Below are positions 26,251 to 38,070 of a DNA stretch of 64,000 nucleotides, piece by piece. The position numbers were made by a program, and so were the translations under genes. The notes under the pieces are model-generated. The model did not search any database. It saw nothing but the letters and a program-made list of their open reading frames with translations, and was not told the origin of the DNA. Source of the stretch: Botryllus schlosseri (Eukaryota); the NCBI GenBank assembly GCA_051294905.1, contig CM119371.1, positions 29,762,001-29,826,000 of the forward strand. Direction: 5' to 3'. How positions within the stretch are numbered: position 1 is the first letter of the stretch; each line of letters opens with the position of its first letter.

Positions 26251-27876
26251 GTGGTATCAGTTACGTGTGACGATCAAACATTGGCCAAGAAATCAGGCAA
26301 GTGGTGCAGGAAGGCCTCCTGGAGGTAGCAATCGATACCAGGCCTCCATGCGACATTCCGTGTCTTTGAATATGCATTTTAAAGCAATTATTTTTTATAA
26401 TAAAGAAGTTGGAGTGAAGTTGGTCGGAGTCGGGGTCATTTTGACAAACTCCGACTCCGACTCCATTGAGCGAAAATAAGCCAAACTCCGACTCCGCAGG
26501 TCTGCTCACAAGGAACTATTTTACTCCCCCATAACTTTGTGCCTTCATGCGCACACGCACACTGTACAGATGCTTGAGAGACAGATCATAAAAGTATCAG
26601 CTATAACTGCTACACAAATTCATCATTTACTCAGTATTCAGAGATATCTTCTGTTCAGTGAAGGTTCCGGCATCAGTCAAAAGTTAGCATCCGTGTATGG
26701 GTGGTGCAACGCAATTATGACATTTGAAATCGTAATGTAATTAGGAATACGCCGTCGTTGAAACATGGAGGTGTCAGCACAATCAACAGATTAAGATCAT
26801 AAAAATATTATTCCGCGTATTCGTTTCGGATATCGCCCTGTTAGACCTATCTGTAACATATTTCCCTCACCTCCCTCAGAGACGTTCTGCTTATTTTATC
26901 CGCGCCGCAATTATGGAGACAAATAGTCGCACTATATAGTAAATAGGTATTTATTCGGAGGAAACGAAGGTCCAAATTCCACATTGAATACCTGAATCGA
27001 CCTCCCTACTCGGTACTGATAACCATCTGTAACTTATTGCCGAAATGTTACTCAAGACGGGGGAGGTAACGGGGGAGATAGTGTAGTAGTAACGGTAAGC
27101 GCCCAACAATCTGACGGATCCGGTCGATTCCCGTCGGAGGTTTATCTGGGCTCCGCTTCCCCGCCGTTGTCGTTCTTTCGAATGAAAAAGACCCGACTAA
27201 AGAAAGCACTCACAAGGAATGGAAGGAATTAGTAGAAAGGGCGGCAGCTTATAAAAAGATCAACATCGAAAAGAGCTGTGACATCGGGCACTCGAAGCCG
27301 AGGTGGATCTTAGAATAAAGGATCGCTACTGATGCGTGTCGTTCGATATCCTCCTATCTGTCCATGACATCGCATTGTGTCTTATCGCATTGTACATTGT
27401 GTGTGACTTGTTCAGATGAAAAATGTATCCCAGCGATGTATATATAAGACTTGCCAATTTAGAACTTAGCGGCTGTTTATATTTAACCGATATATGTTAT
27501 TTCGCGGTATTCATAACAGAGACTAGCAATATCTGTATGATAGAGCTTGTCTTCATTGTGTAATGTTAAGAATTTCGAGTTCATATATTCCCATGATCTT
27601 ATTTGTAGCTGGCATTCATCGTTATTTCACCATTCTTCAGTTAGAATCTGAATCTATCGTCAGCCACACGGTTATATCATAGATAACTAACCTACGGATA
27701 GATGCGCAACACGTGATTCACGGTCGAGTCGGGCAATTGAGTTGTGTCAATGCATTGAGCCGTGGATGCGACATTTTCACTACATCATATGGCGTGTCTA
27801 ACATTCTTGCATTGTGACGTTTGACTATTGCCAGAGCAAAGTATGTTCATACAACTTATTTCTAGAATTGTCTTAC

Positions 27877-28022
27877 TGCCAAAGCACATTTCCTGTCCGT
27901 CACAAAAGTATTGCTTTTCCAGTGGACATCTTGAAATGCCATAATTCGTTCGTGCGTATCCCACACAAGCACGATGTGCTGAATCCAGAGATGGCGCTGA
28001 TGGGAATTCGTCGCTTCCATCA
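27877..28022 (-). CDS. Exon of an LDLa-repeat protein (type A module, phase 2 to 1)
   Basis: Acceptor atattttcag, donor gtaaga, 146 nt open: DGSDEFPSAPSLDSAHRACVGYARTNYGISRCPLEKQYFCDGQEMCFG. DGSDE completes the LDLa domain started by a 91-nt exon. Confidence 0.8.
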
Positions 28023-29142
28023 CTGAAAATATTATTTTCGGGTGAATATTAACAATATTATTAAAGGGGCACTTCTCTCCAAATATGATGTCGTCTCAAA
28101 TTAAAGATAAGATCAGCCATCAACCTCATTATCCTGGAAGCCCCCGTATTTTAACTGTAGCTAAAAGACGTATGGTGTCCTCATTGCACTCTCGCTGGAC
28201 AGATATAATGGTATCGCCGCGGTTTTGCGTCTTTGCTTTTACACCATTTTTGAAATGTCTGGCGTCGTGAGGAAGCCCTACAGAAGGCGGCATATATTCT
28301 ATTTGTTGTGGGGTTGATAATTTAATGTGATGTCACAGAATAAGATGCTTCAACTGTGACCTGACAATTTAGCTATGCAATCAATTTCAGCAGGGCAGCG
28401 GGAAGAATGGAATGATCACAGGGCAAGTTTTTGCAACTCTTGCGACTTTTTTTACAGCTTCGGGCAGCTTCCTAAATACTCAGAAGTTATATAGCATGGT
28501 GTTTTAATCTGATATATTGCAACTTTTCTTCATTTTTTCAAGCAACCTTTTGGAGCTTTTCGATATTTCATGCAACTAAATTTTTACTGGAAATATTCGG
28601 TACTATATATAAATAGATCGCTTGAATATTTCACTGTCATTTAAATTTGAGGTCATTCTGACTTGAGTTACATTCAGGCTGGACCCCCGAAAACTATATC
28701 ACCACTTGGTCATGGTCAATTTTTTTGATTTTGTTGAAGTCGCCAACACTGAGTCTTGCTACAGTACCTTGGATACGGATCGATTCGAGTATCTCATACC
28801 TTAATCATTTCAAGGAACTTATCCATAAATGTACCTCTTTAGTGCAACTTCAGTGAAAAATAAATACAACTTCTATTGCAACTTTCCACGGATTTTACTG
28901 CAAGCAAGACTTGCTATAAGATCAGCTGTTGCATAAAACAATTTTATGGTTACATTTTGGAAATGGGCTACCAGTTCAATATGAAGATGACTTGACCAAC
29001 AGCATATTTAGATAGGCGCAGTCGTCAATTGACGACCTTAGATTTCATTAGTTACGATGAGTTTGGTATCACTCATTTATATTCCATGTTGTAATTGGTA
29101 GCATCAGTATCTCCTAACTACTGTAGTCAAGTATCTGCTACA

Positions 29143-29292
29143 ATGCCGCGAGTACAAGCAAAATGTAAGTCAGGATCTCATAAAAGGAAGTTGGTTCATA
29201 TTCAGAAAGAAAGTGACAATGCAAATTTTGGACTGCTACTCAAATATTTCAAGCCATCTATGTCAGCTCAGCACTGCACAGATGAAGAATGA
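29143..29292 (+). mobile_element. Possible N-terminal remnant of a hAT (Tip100/ZMYM1-like) transposase
   Basis: MPRVQAKCKSGSHKRK...LLKYFKP resembles the 'SGxxKRK...LxKYF' N-terminus of this group. Confidence 0.4.
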
Positions 29293-29394
29293 TGCTGTTT
29301 TTCCATCAATGATATTGCCTTACTGACTAGAATGATGTAAAAATGCTGTCAAATACGTATATGGTATCTGATTGTAGTGTCCTTTTGTCTATAC

Positions 29395-30380
29395 CAGTGC
29401 TTTTCAACCTGTGTGACGGTTTGCACTGGTTCGAATGAAAAAAAATGCAGTGCGAATGACGAAGATGCGAATGAAAAATCCGGATGAGTGCGAATGAAAA
29501 TCGTTAATAATTGGTAATTTTTCTGACATGGAATAATTCAAATAAACCTAATGGAAAATGCAAGGGCCGTGTTACTGTTGTAGTTGAGACGCAATTGTAG
29601 AAAAATGTTTAATTTGACGCACCACTAATCGTAGCCCTCACAAGCCATAATGAATTATAGCTTTCGCAGTATAATATTACGCAATCCAAATCCTGGTTTA
29701 GAAGCTGGTGTAGTTGCAGACATACAGTTATATTTGTTGAATTTATTGTAAAGATCCTGCCATAGGTTTTACATATCCAATTGCACTGTGTTGGGCACTG
29801 CAGTATATAAGCAAGACGCGCATAAAATATGGCTTGACCATAAGAATCAGCGGACCTTTGGTTTGAATTCATGATAATATTTGTCCGATTTTTTTTCTAC
29901 TGAAAAACATGGACGAAGACCGTTGGGATGCAGGGTAGGGTGTGCAACAAGCGAGTTCAGGCCTATGAGATTCATTCATTTTGAGGCCAACATCTTCTGC
30001 GTCGGATCACATAAACGCGTGAAGTTTTGGCCAACATACCACTGATAAAATACGATGCCAAAAACATCAGCGGCGACAAAACCTTGGCCAAAAATCACCG
30101 TCGCTGAAAGGCCAAACCTTTCGATATGGATATGCTCCGCTGTCGACACGGAATAGTCCCGTTCTTGCAATCTGAGTAGACAGTAGGCTAGTACAAATGC
30201 GACACGCAGAAAAATTTACTTCACCCTAATTTGAAATCGCGTGCGTTAGACATATTTTATAGAGCTGTGTTTGGTAGAATTGTGGTGTGCGCGTTCTGTA
30301 TGTCATACGTGCTCGTAAAATTGAAGCATACTACTCCAATACTACAAATTACTTCCTTTTTATAGGTGAGGTTCGGGTTG
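29395..30380. mobile_element. hAT MITE copy (cagtgcttttcaac family), inverted relative to 12797-14776
   Basis: Reverse-complement match to ~13460-14776. Confidence 0.8.
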
Positions 30381-33300
30381 TGAGCAATGTTCCCTCTAAT
30401 TTTTCAAGAGTCTGCGAAAACACGCCAATTCACTGCGCAGGCCCTCGGACAACAGTGCGCAACCACCCTCCAATAAGGTGATAAAACTAACTACTGGGGG
30501 CCTGCCCCCCAGACCCCCCTACGCCTCTGGGCTTCTTCCGGTACTTATCATGTACTTTGGGTGCCCATTTAGTAGTAGCGTCCCTAAACGCGCGAAGCAC
30601 GAAAAAATTTCTATAATTCATGATTGCATCGGCCAATATGATCTGGAATTGCATATATATTGCCATCAATTTTTATCCTCTCCCTGCTCACATAATCAGA
30701 TTTATCGGTAGAGCTGATCCAGTGAGGTGTGTTGGAATAGATAGGCCCTCTAAATAATAATAAAACATCTTCGGGCGTACCCGTTGATATAATGACTTCG
30801 TTACATGATGCTATTTCGTGACCCCCTATCTGCTATGTCAAAAGATATTGAAATCGCCAAAACGTACTAAAAGACGTACACGATTACAAATTGGTATTTC
30901 CTAACTAGAAAATAATGTTCCCTCGATACGGCATTTGTCACTTGTTGCGGGACTCGGATCGCCAGGACAGGAACATTCGGCGCCAGCCATTTAGGCGCCC
31001 ATAGAAATGGACAATTACACATATATTTGAATATATCGAAGTTTTCGGTCAGGACCGGGGCAGTCTTTTTCGCCCAAGGTTTTCTCGCTGCTGATCGTTC
31101 TGGCGCACTTCTTGGATTCGCATGTTACATAGCCTTTAACTTCATATGTCTTGGCGCGTCATGGTGCGGTAATGGCCGACGCCCAACTGCCAACCAACCA
31201 ACCCAATAATCAGATATCTTACAATAATAAAACGCGCGTAGCGCGAAAAAAAATTCCTGAAAAATTTCAAAAAATACCTAATTATTTATGTTCATTCTCG
31301 AAATAATTTTGGGGCTCCTTAGAGCTCGGCCCCTCCAATTGGGGGGTTTGGGGTGCGAAAGTTACGGTCCTGAGTAAATCTTACGCAATGCTCATGCAAC
31401 GCGAAGAAGACTATCATTCGTTAGTTTCTCGCAGATTAACTTCGATCAACCCATTGTTATTTATAACTTTGTTAAACCAGGTTATTTCGCCATTCCCAGA
31501 AAATAATGCGCTATTTAAATGATATCAGTATCGCTCACGTGTACGAGGCCATACTAAAAAAATATCTTACGTCAGGCGCTGGTCATTGTGAACTCTAATT
31601 TCCTCACGGAGCGCAATATTTACCTTTGCTGGGCGCACTGGTACATCGGTTTCAGACTTCAGTGATAACATTATTTGGCCTTGGCAATGTTCCATCTTAA
31701 TTTTCACGAATCTGCGCGCCTGCGTAGTCCATTGGACAACAGTGCACAACAACTATAAAAAAAACAATACATCATTTCTGATTTTTTGTGCGCAACGTGG
31801 ATTTTCTGTGCGCAGATGCCGTTTCAGCACTGCGCATTTGCGCACGCGCGCAGCTTAGAGGGAACATTGCCTTCCATGCCATCAACCTATTCGTTGGGAT
31901 TGCTATCATTCTGGTTGCATTTTATGATATCACAAAATCAAAAAATAAACTTTTCACTGTCATAAAGGGGGCGTGTCTAGAAAGGTTTGAGGAATCACTG
32001 CTCCAGCACCATATCCTTGCAAGAAAACGGTGGCCTACTTTACATTTTGGGTTAATTTCAATTTTTGAAACTTCACCGGTCCTCCAAATATTTTTCGAAA
32101 TTTTACCGGTCCGCAAGGTGAAAGAGGTTGAGAAACACTGATCTAGAACATTGGTTGTACATTGCTGTTCCCGTAACCTATGAGTCAGTCTCAGGGGTTC
32201 CCTGGAGGTCAAAACACGCTCAACTCTTAAATATGATTTTCGATCACTTTATCATTGGTTTCAAGAATTAGGCCCGACAAGTAGTCGAAATAGGACTCTT
32301 GTGGTCGTATGCAAGTTTGTTTTTCAGTCGCAGTAATATACCAGACGAACTTTCGGGGCAAGGCGCACTTATTATTTTCGTAGCAACGCGTCGAAAAGAA
32401 AAGTACATATATTTTTTTTATATTTGCATTGTTAACCGAGCAGAATGTATAGTATGAACTGATATAGTTTCAATATCAAGGGCTGTCAGATTCCATTTTC
32501 TCAGCTTTCGCATAGGAATTTGAGTGAAATACAGGATCTGGGTTTTTCTGGGTTTATTTAGCGTCCACATCTGGGTTTTTCTGGCATCTCTGTAATATAC
32601 CGGCGGAGCCCATGTGTGTACGATTAAAAGCATCGATTTGCACAAAAGCATCATTATTTGTCACCGTTGAGTCCTCGCCATCTCCCGATGCAATTTTACG
32701 TTTGAAAAACTTGAATAAATACGTATATATTGGTGTGAAGTCTGTGTTGTCGAAGTACATGTACCGCCTTGGTGGTTTCAGTAGATCCGTATATTAACTT
32801 AACGCGCGATGTGTCGCTAAAGATTGGTGATAATGATGTGAAATGTCTTTAGATATTGGCATCAGTGGAAAATCATTACCGTCGTGGAAATATATAACAA
32901 TTAAAGTTACTATTCCGTACAGGTAATCGAGCGAAATTGACTCTCAGTAGCTAGTCTTGAATTTTGAATTCATTACCGCACAATTCCCGGACTGTTTAGA
33001 GCGGTTTTAGCATACCACCTTTGAAACTTTCTGGACTAAAAACATGAAATACATATTCTGCTTTTAGAAGTAGTATTTATGTTTCACTAATTCCCAGTAT
33101 CATATTATTTGTGTTATAATTAATATCAGTTCTTTTGTCCGAATAACATACATGTTGAAGTATAAAAGCAAGTGCAGTAATGCATTTAATTTCTGGAAAT
33201 AAAGCTACACAATATGGCATTTTTACGGTTCACCATATTTTTTATTAACGTTTACTAATTGCGCAAAGTGTTTACCCAGTATCCTATACAACTTCTCCGT

Positions 33301-34186
33301 ATTGCTCTTCGACTAAATTACGGGCCTTATAATATGGGGGATGGCGCCATACCATGCTATTTTCCAAAACGTGTTGTTCGAGAAAACAGAGGATTAGTAT
33401 CGCATTTCCTCATCAATACTATCATTTTCATCCCATGGTGTGGACGAATGCTTATGCTATCGAAAATTGGATACCTGCTGGTATGCATCAATATGAATCA
33501 AGCTCGTCACCTATCACATAGCTCAATTTGCACCTTTTTGTAATCCATCCAATCAGGATCGTTTTCACAACTACTTACTTACTTGAGTACTTTTAAAGTC
33601 AGTCAATTCTACTTCAAGTAGTTTTAGGTTGCTTATGAAAGAAGTACTTCTACTTGTACTTGATTAAATTTTTCTTCGCTACTTCTACTTCTACTTGAGT
33701 AGTTTTCTTGACTACTTTGACCACCTCTGACTGTAAGACGGTGTTCCGAGCACCTACTCGGTAAAATGAAGTTTCTTTTTCAGTCACTTCACCAGTGATC
33801 AGAGTTTAGTGAATAAATTTCCTGTTTATATGCTCCGTTTTTCGGATCCGAAAATAAGAGGGGCGAATATTTGTGTTGAGCTTGATACGGGGGCGATGAG
33901 TCAGTAAGGTTGGGAATCACCGTTCTAATTCAAAAACACGCTGCTTGTCACAGAGCGACGTTCCGTCATGCCAACCTCTTACACGCATTTAAATCTGAAT
34001 ATCATTATTATCATTCATTAAATCTGAATATCTCGATAAAGTAGCGGACACCCTGATGTTTGCTAGTGAAACTAATGAGGAAGAACCACCGCCACGTATT
34101 GGCGGTAAAATCGTGCATTTCATCCGTCCTTGCTTCTCACTTGTACACCAAGCATGTATCAACAATACACCGATCATATAGGAGGG

Positions 34187-34678
34187 ATTTGGGACAATGA
34201 TTACATCCGTGACCAAAAAGGAGCCTGCTATAAACAGCTTCAAAATACAATTTTTAACCGCCTTCCCGACACGAATAATCGTCATTATGATCGAATGATA
34301 TTTCGTCTATGGTCAGGTCATTGCCGTCTTAATTCCCATTTATTCAAGATTGGGTGTGCCGACTCCCCCTTGTGTTCAATATGCTGCGTCCCGGACACTG
34401 TTTCAAATTTGCTAATGGAATGTCGTAAATTTGAATTTCATCGCCGCTTTTTGATTGCTCATTGTGTCAATGAAAACGTTGCTTTCTCTGTACAAAATCT
34501 ATTGACCCTCCATTGCCTAACTATACCAGTTATAGAATTTATTATCTCCTGCGTATTATTTCTCTGATCTCTTTGCTTTTCTCCAATTGCCTCATTGAAC
34601 GTATACTGAGCGTGGTGCAAATAATCTTCATCGGTTGGAAAGCGCCACTTGTTTCCATATTAATAATAATAATAATAA
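34187..34678 (+). mobile_element. 5'-truncated I-group LINE 3' end with a (TAA)6 tail
   Basis: ORF end WDNDY..KG..RLWSGHCRLNSHLFKIG..SPLCSICCVPDTVSNLLMEC (C-terminal zinc knuckle), stop at 34567, (TAA)6 at 34661-34678. TSD atataggaggg at 34176-34186 and 39359-39369. Confidence 0.9.
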
Positions 34679-34681
34679 CTA

Positions 34682-35433
34682 TGGTCACTACATTCATCTT
34701 GAATTATGCAAACATTTTAACATCACCACTTCGACAAAAAATTGGTACGATTACAGCCCAGCACCAGTGACAGAAAACGAACAAGTAAAAATTCTGTGGG
34801 ATGTACCAGTTATAACTGACCGCGAAATCAGGAGCAACCGCCCGGATATAATCGTCAAACTAAAAAAGAAAAGAGAATGCTTATTCATTGAACTGGCTGT
34901 CCCAGCTGATCACAACCTACTGCAAAAAGAATCAGAAAAATACTCCAAATACGCAGACCTCAAAATGGAATGTGAGAAAATGTGGCGATGCAAAATAAAC
35001 ATTGTACCGATAGTCATTGGTGCTACAGGGGTCGTGAGCAAAAAACTCATGAGACATATCCAACAAATTCCGGGTAACGTTCGATTCGACATGATCCAAA
35101 AGATCACATTATTGGGCACTGTGCACATTCTTCGGAAGGCCTTGAATGCACCACTGGACTAAAATTACGCTTGTGAATCACAGCATAATTTCTGTAATTT
35201 CGATTCTTCATCTTCAATCATCTCTACCTCTGCTCTGTAACCCTTGCCAATTCTTCATCTGCTGCAATTCTGTAATCTGACTTCTCCGTGTATTGCATAG
35301 GAATAACAATTTGAATGTATTACTGAAATTTTAAAAATTTACTCCAATCTCGCCATTTTCCTTTGGGGGCAGGTTGCTCCCCGGATTATGTGTGTATCTA
35401 CCAGTTTTACTGTGAATAAAGAATATAATAATA
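34682..35433 (+). mobile_element. R4/Dong-clade non-LTR retrotransposon with restriction-like endonuclease (RLE), 5'-truncated copy 1
   Basis: KILWD..TDR..NRPDII..FIELAVP..EKYSKY..VPIVIGATG (PD-(D/E)xK endonuclease), stop at 35162, ~265-nt 3' UTR, aataaa, TAA tail. Confidence 0.93.
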
Positions 35434-35434
35434 G

Positions 35435-36418
35435 TGGACCTGGACCTGGCTATCCAGCTCTGGCCTGAAACCGGCAAGCGAAGGATTCATTTTCGCAGCA
35501 CAAGACCAATCGCTTCCCACAAAATACTATCGCAAAAGAATTCTGAAGCAAAACACGGACGGCAAATGCAGAATGTGCCACAACCAAAATGAAACTGTAG
35601 CACATCTCATGTCCGGCTGTGGTGCACTTGCAGCTACCGAATACACATGGAGACACAATAGGATTGGTCACTACATTCATCTTGAATTATGCAAACATTT
35701 CAACATCACCACTTCGACAAAAAATTGGTACGATTACAGCCCAGCACCAGTGACAGAAAACGAACAAGTAAAAATTCTGTGGGATGTACCAGTTATAACT
35801 GACCGCGAAATCAGGAGCAACCGCCCGGATATAATCGTCAAACTAAAAAAGAAAAGAGAATGCTTATTCATTGAACTGGCTGTCCCAGCTGATCACAACC
35901 TACTGCAAAAAGAATCAGAAAAATACTCCAAATACGCAGACCTCAAAATGGAATGTGAGAAAATGTGGCGATGCAAAATAAACATTGTACCGATAGTCAT
36001 TGGTGCTACAGGGGTCGTGAGCAAAAGACTCATGAGACATATCCAACAAATTCCGGGTAACGTTCGATTCGACATGATCCAAAAGATCACATTATTGGGC
36101 ACTGTGCACATTCTTCGGAAGGCCTTGAATGCACCACTGGACTAAAATTACGCTTGTGAATCACAGCATAATTTCTGTAATTTCGATTCTTCATCTTCAA
36201 TCATCTCTACCTCTGCTCTGTAACCCTTGCCAATTCTTCATCTGCTGCAATTCTGTAATCTGACTTCTCCGTGTATTGCATAGGAATAACAATTTGAATG
36301 TATTACTGAAATTTTAAAAATTTACTCCAATCTCGCCATTTTCCTTTGGGGGCAGGTTGCTCCCCGGATTATGTGTGTATCTACCAGTTTTACTGTGAAT
36401 AAAGAATATAATAATAAT
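35435..36418 (+). mobile_element. R4/Dong-clade copy 2 (5'-truncated)
   Basis: Starts tggacctggacc; encodes EGFIFAAQDQ, CRMC..ETVAHLMSGC (CCHC), RHN and the RLE domain; same 3' end as copy 1. Confidence 0.93.
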
Positions 36419-36843
36419 AGTCATTGGCGCTACAGGGGTCGTAAGCAAAAAACTCATGAGACATATCCGACAGATTCCGGGTAACGTTCGATTCGACATG
36501 ATCCAAAAGATCACGTTATTGGGCACTGTGCATATTCTTCGGAAGGCGTTGAATGCACCACTGGACTAAAATTATACTAGTGAATCACAGCATCATTTCT
36601 GTAATTTCGATTCTTCATTTTCAATCATCTCTACCTCTGCTCTGTAACCCTTGCCAATTCTTCATCTACTGCAATTCTGTAATCTGACTTCTCCATGTAT
36701 TGCATAGGAATAACAATTTGACTGCATTACTGAAATTTTAAAAATTTACTCTAATCTCGCCATTTTCCTTTGGGTGCAGGTTGCTCCCCGGATTATGTGT
36801 GTATTGACCAGTTTCTTACTGTGAATAAAGAATATAATAATAA
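36417..36843 (+). mobile_element. R4/Dong-clade copy 3 (shortest, most diverged)
   Basis: Starts atagtcattgg, overlapping the previous tail; same 3' end; many private substitutions. Confidence 0.92.
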
Positions 36844-37512
36844 CAGAAAACGAACAAGTAAAAATTCTGTGGGATGTACCAGTTATAACTGACCGCGAAA
36901 TCAGAAGCAACCGCCCGGATATAATCGTCAAACTAAAAAAGAAAAGAGAATGCTTATTCATTGAACTGGCTGTCCCAGCTGATCACAACCTACTGCAGAA
37001 AGAATCAAAAAAACACTCCAAATACGCAGACCTCAAAATGGAATGTGAGAAAATGTGGCGATGCAAAATAAACATTGTACCGATAGTCATTGGCGCTACA
37101 GGGGTCGTGAGCAAAAAACTCATGAGACATATCCAACAAATTCCGGGTAACGTTCGATTCGACATGATCCAAAAGATCACATTATTGGGCACTGTGCACA
37201 TTCTTCGGAAGGCCTTGAATGCACCACTGGACTAAAATTACGCCTGTGAATCACAGCATAATTTCGGTAATTTCGATTCTTCATCTTCAATCATCTCTAC
37301 CTCTGCTCTGTAACCCTTGCCAATTCTTCATCTGCTGCAATTCTGTAATCTGACTTCTCCATGTATTGCATAGGAATATCAATTTGAATGTATTACTGAA
37401 ATTTTAAAAATTCACTCCAATCTCGCCATTTTCCTTTGGGGGCAGGTTGCTCCCCGGATTATGTGTGTATTTACCAGTTTTACTGTGAATAAAGAATATA
37501 AATAATAATAAT
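36843..37512 (+). mobile_element. R4/Dong-clade copy 4
   Basis: Starts acagaaaacgaac; RLE domain, 3' UTR and TAA tail. Confidence 0.93.
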
Positions 37513-38042
37513 AGCTGATCACAACCCACTGCAAAAAGAATCAGAAAAACACTCCAAATACGCAGACCTCAAAATGGAATGTGAGAAAATGTGGCGATGC
37601 AAAATAAACATTGTACCGATAGTCATTGGTGCTACAGGGGTCGTGAGCAAAAAACTCATGAGGCATATCCATCAAATTCCGGGTAACGTTCGATTCGACA
37701 TGATCCAGAAGATCACATTATTGGGTACTGTGCACATTCTTCGGAAGGCCTTGATTGCACCACTGGACTAAAATTACACTTGTGAATCACAGCATAATTT
37801 CTGTAATTTCGATTCTTCATCTTCAATCATCTCTACCTCTGCTCTGTAACCCTTGCCAATTCTTCATCTGCTGCAATTCTGTAATCTGACTTCTCCGTGT
37901 ATTGCATAGGAATAACAATTTGAATGTATTACTGAAATTTTAAAAATTTACTTCAATCTCGCCATTTTCCTTTGGGGGCAGGTTGCTCCCCGGATTATGT
38001 GTGTATCTACCAGTTTTACTGTGAATAAAGAGTATAATAATA
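37513..38042 (+). mobile_element. R4/Dong-clade copy 5
   Basis: Starts agctgatcac; RLE C-terminus, 3' UTR and TAA tail. Confidence 0.93.
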
Positions 38043-38070
38043 GAAATCAGAAGAATAAGAATAAGAATAA

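Larger units (their letters stand above)
16799..26504. mobile_element. hAT MITE (ggagtc subterminal repeats) expanded to 9.7 kb by nested insertions
   Basis: Degenerate TIRs ccgggctgtggag / ctccgcaggtctg; perfect 8-bp TSD ctcacaag at 16791-16798 and 26505-26512. Confidence 0.8.
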
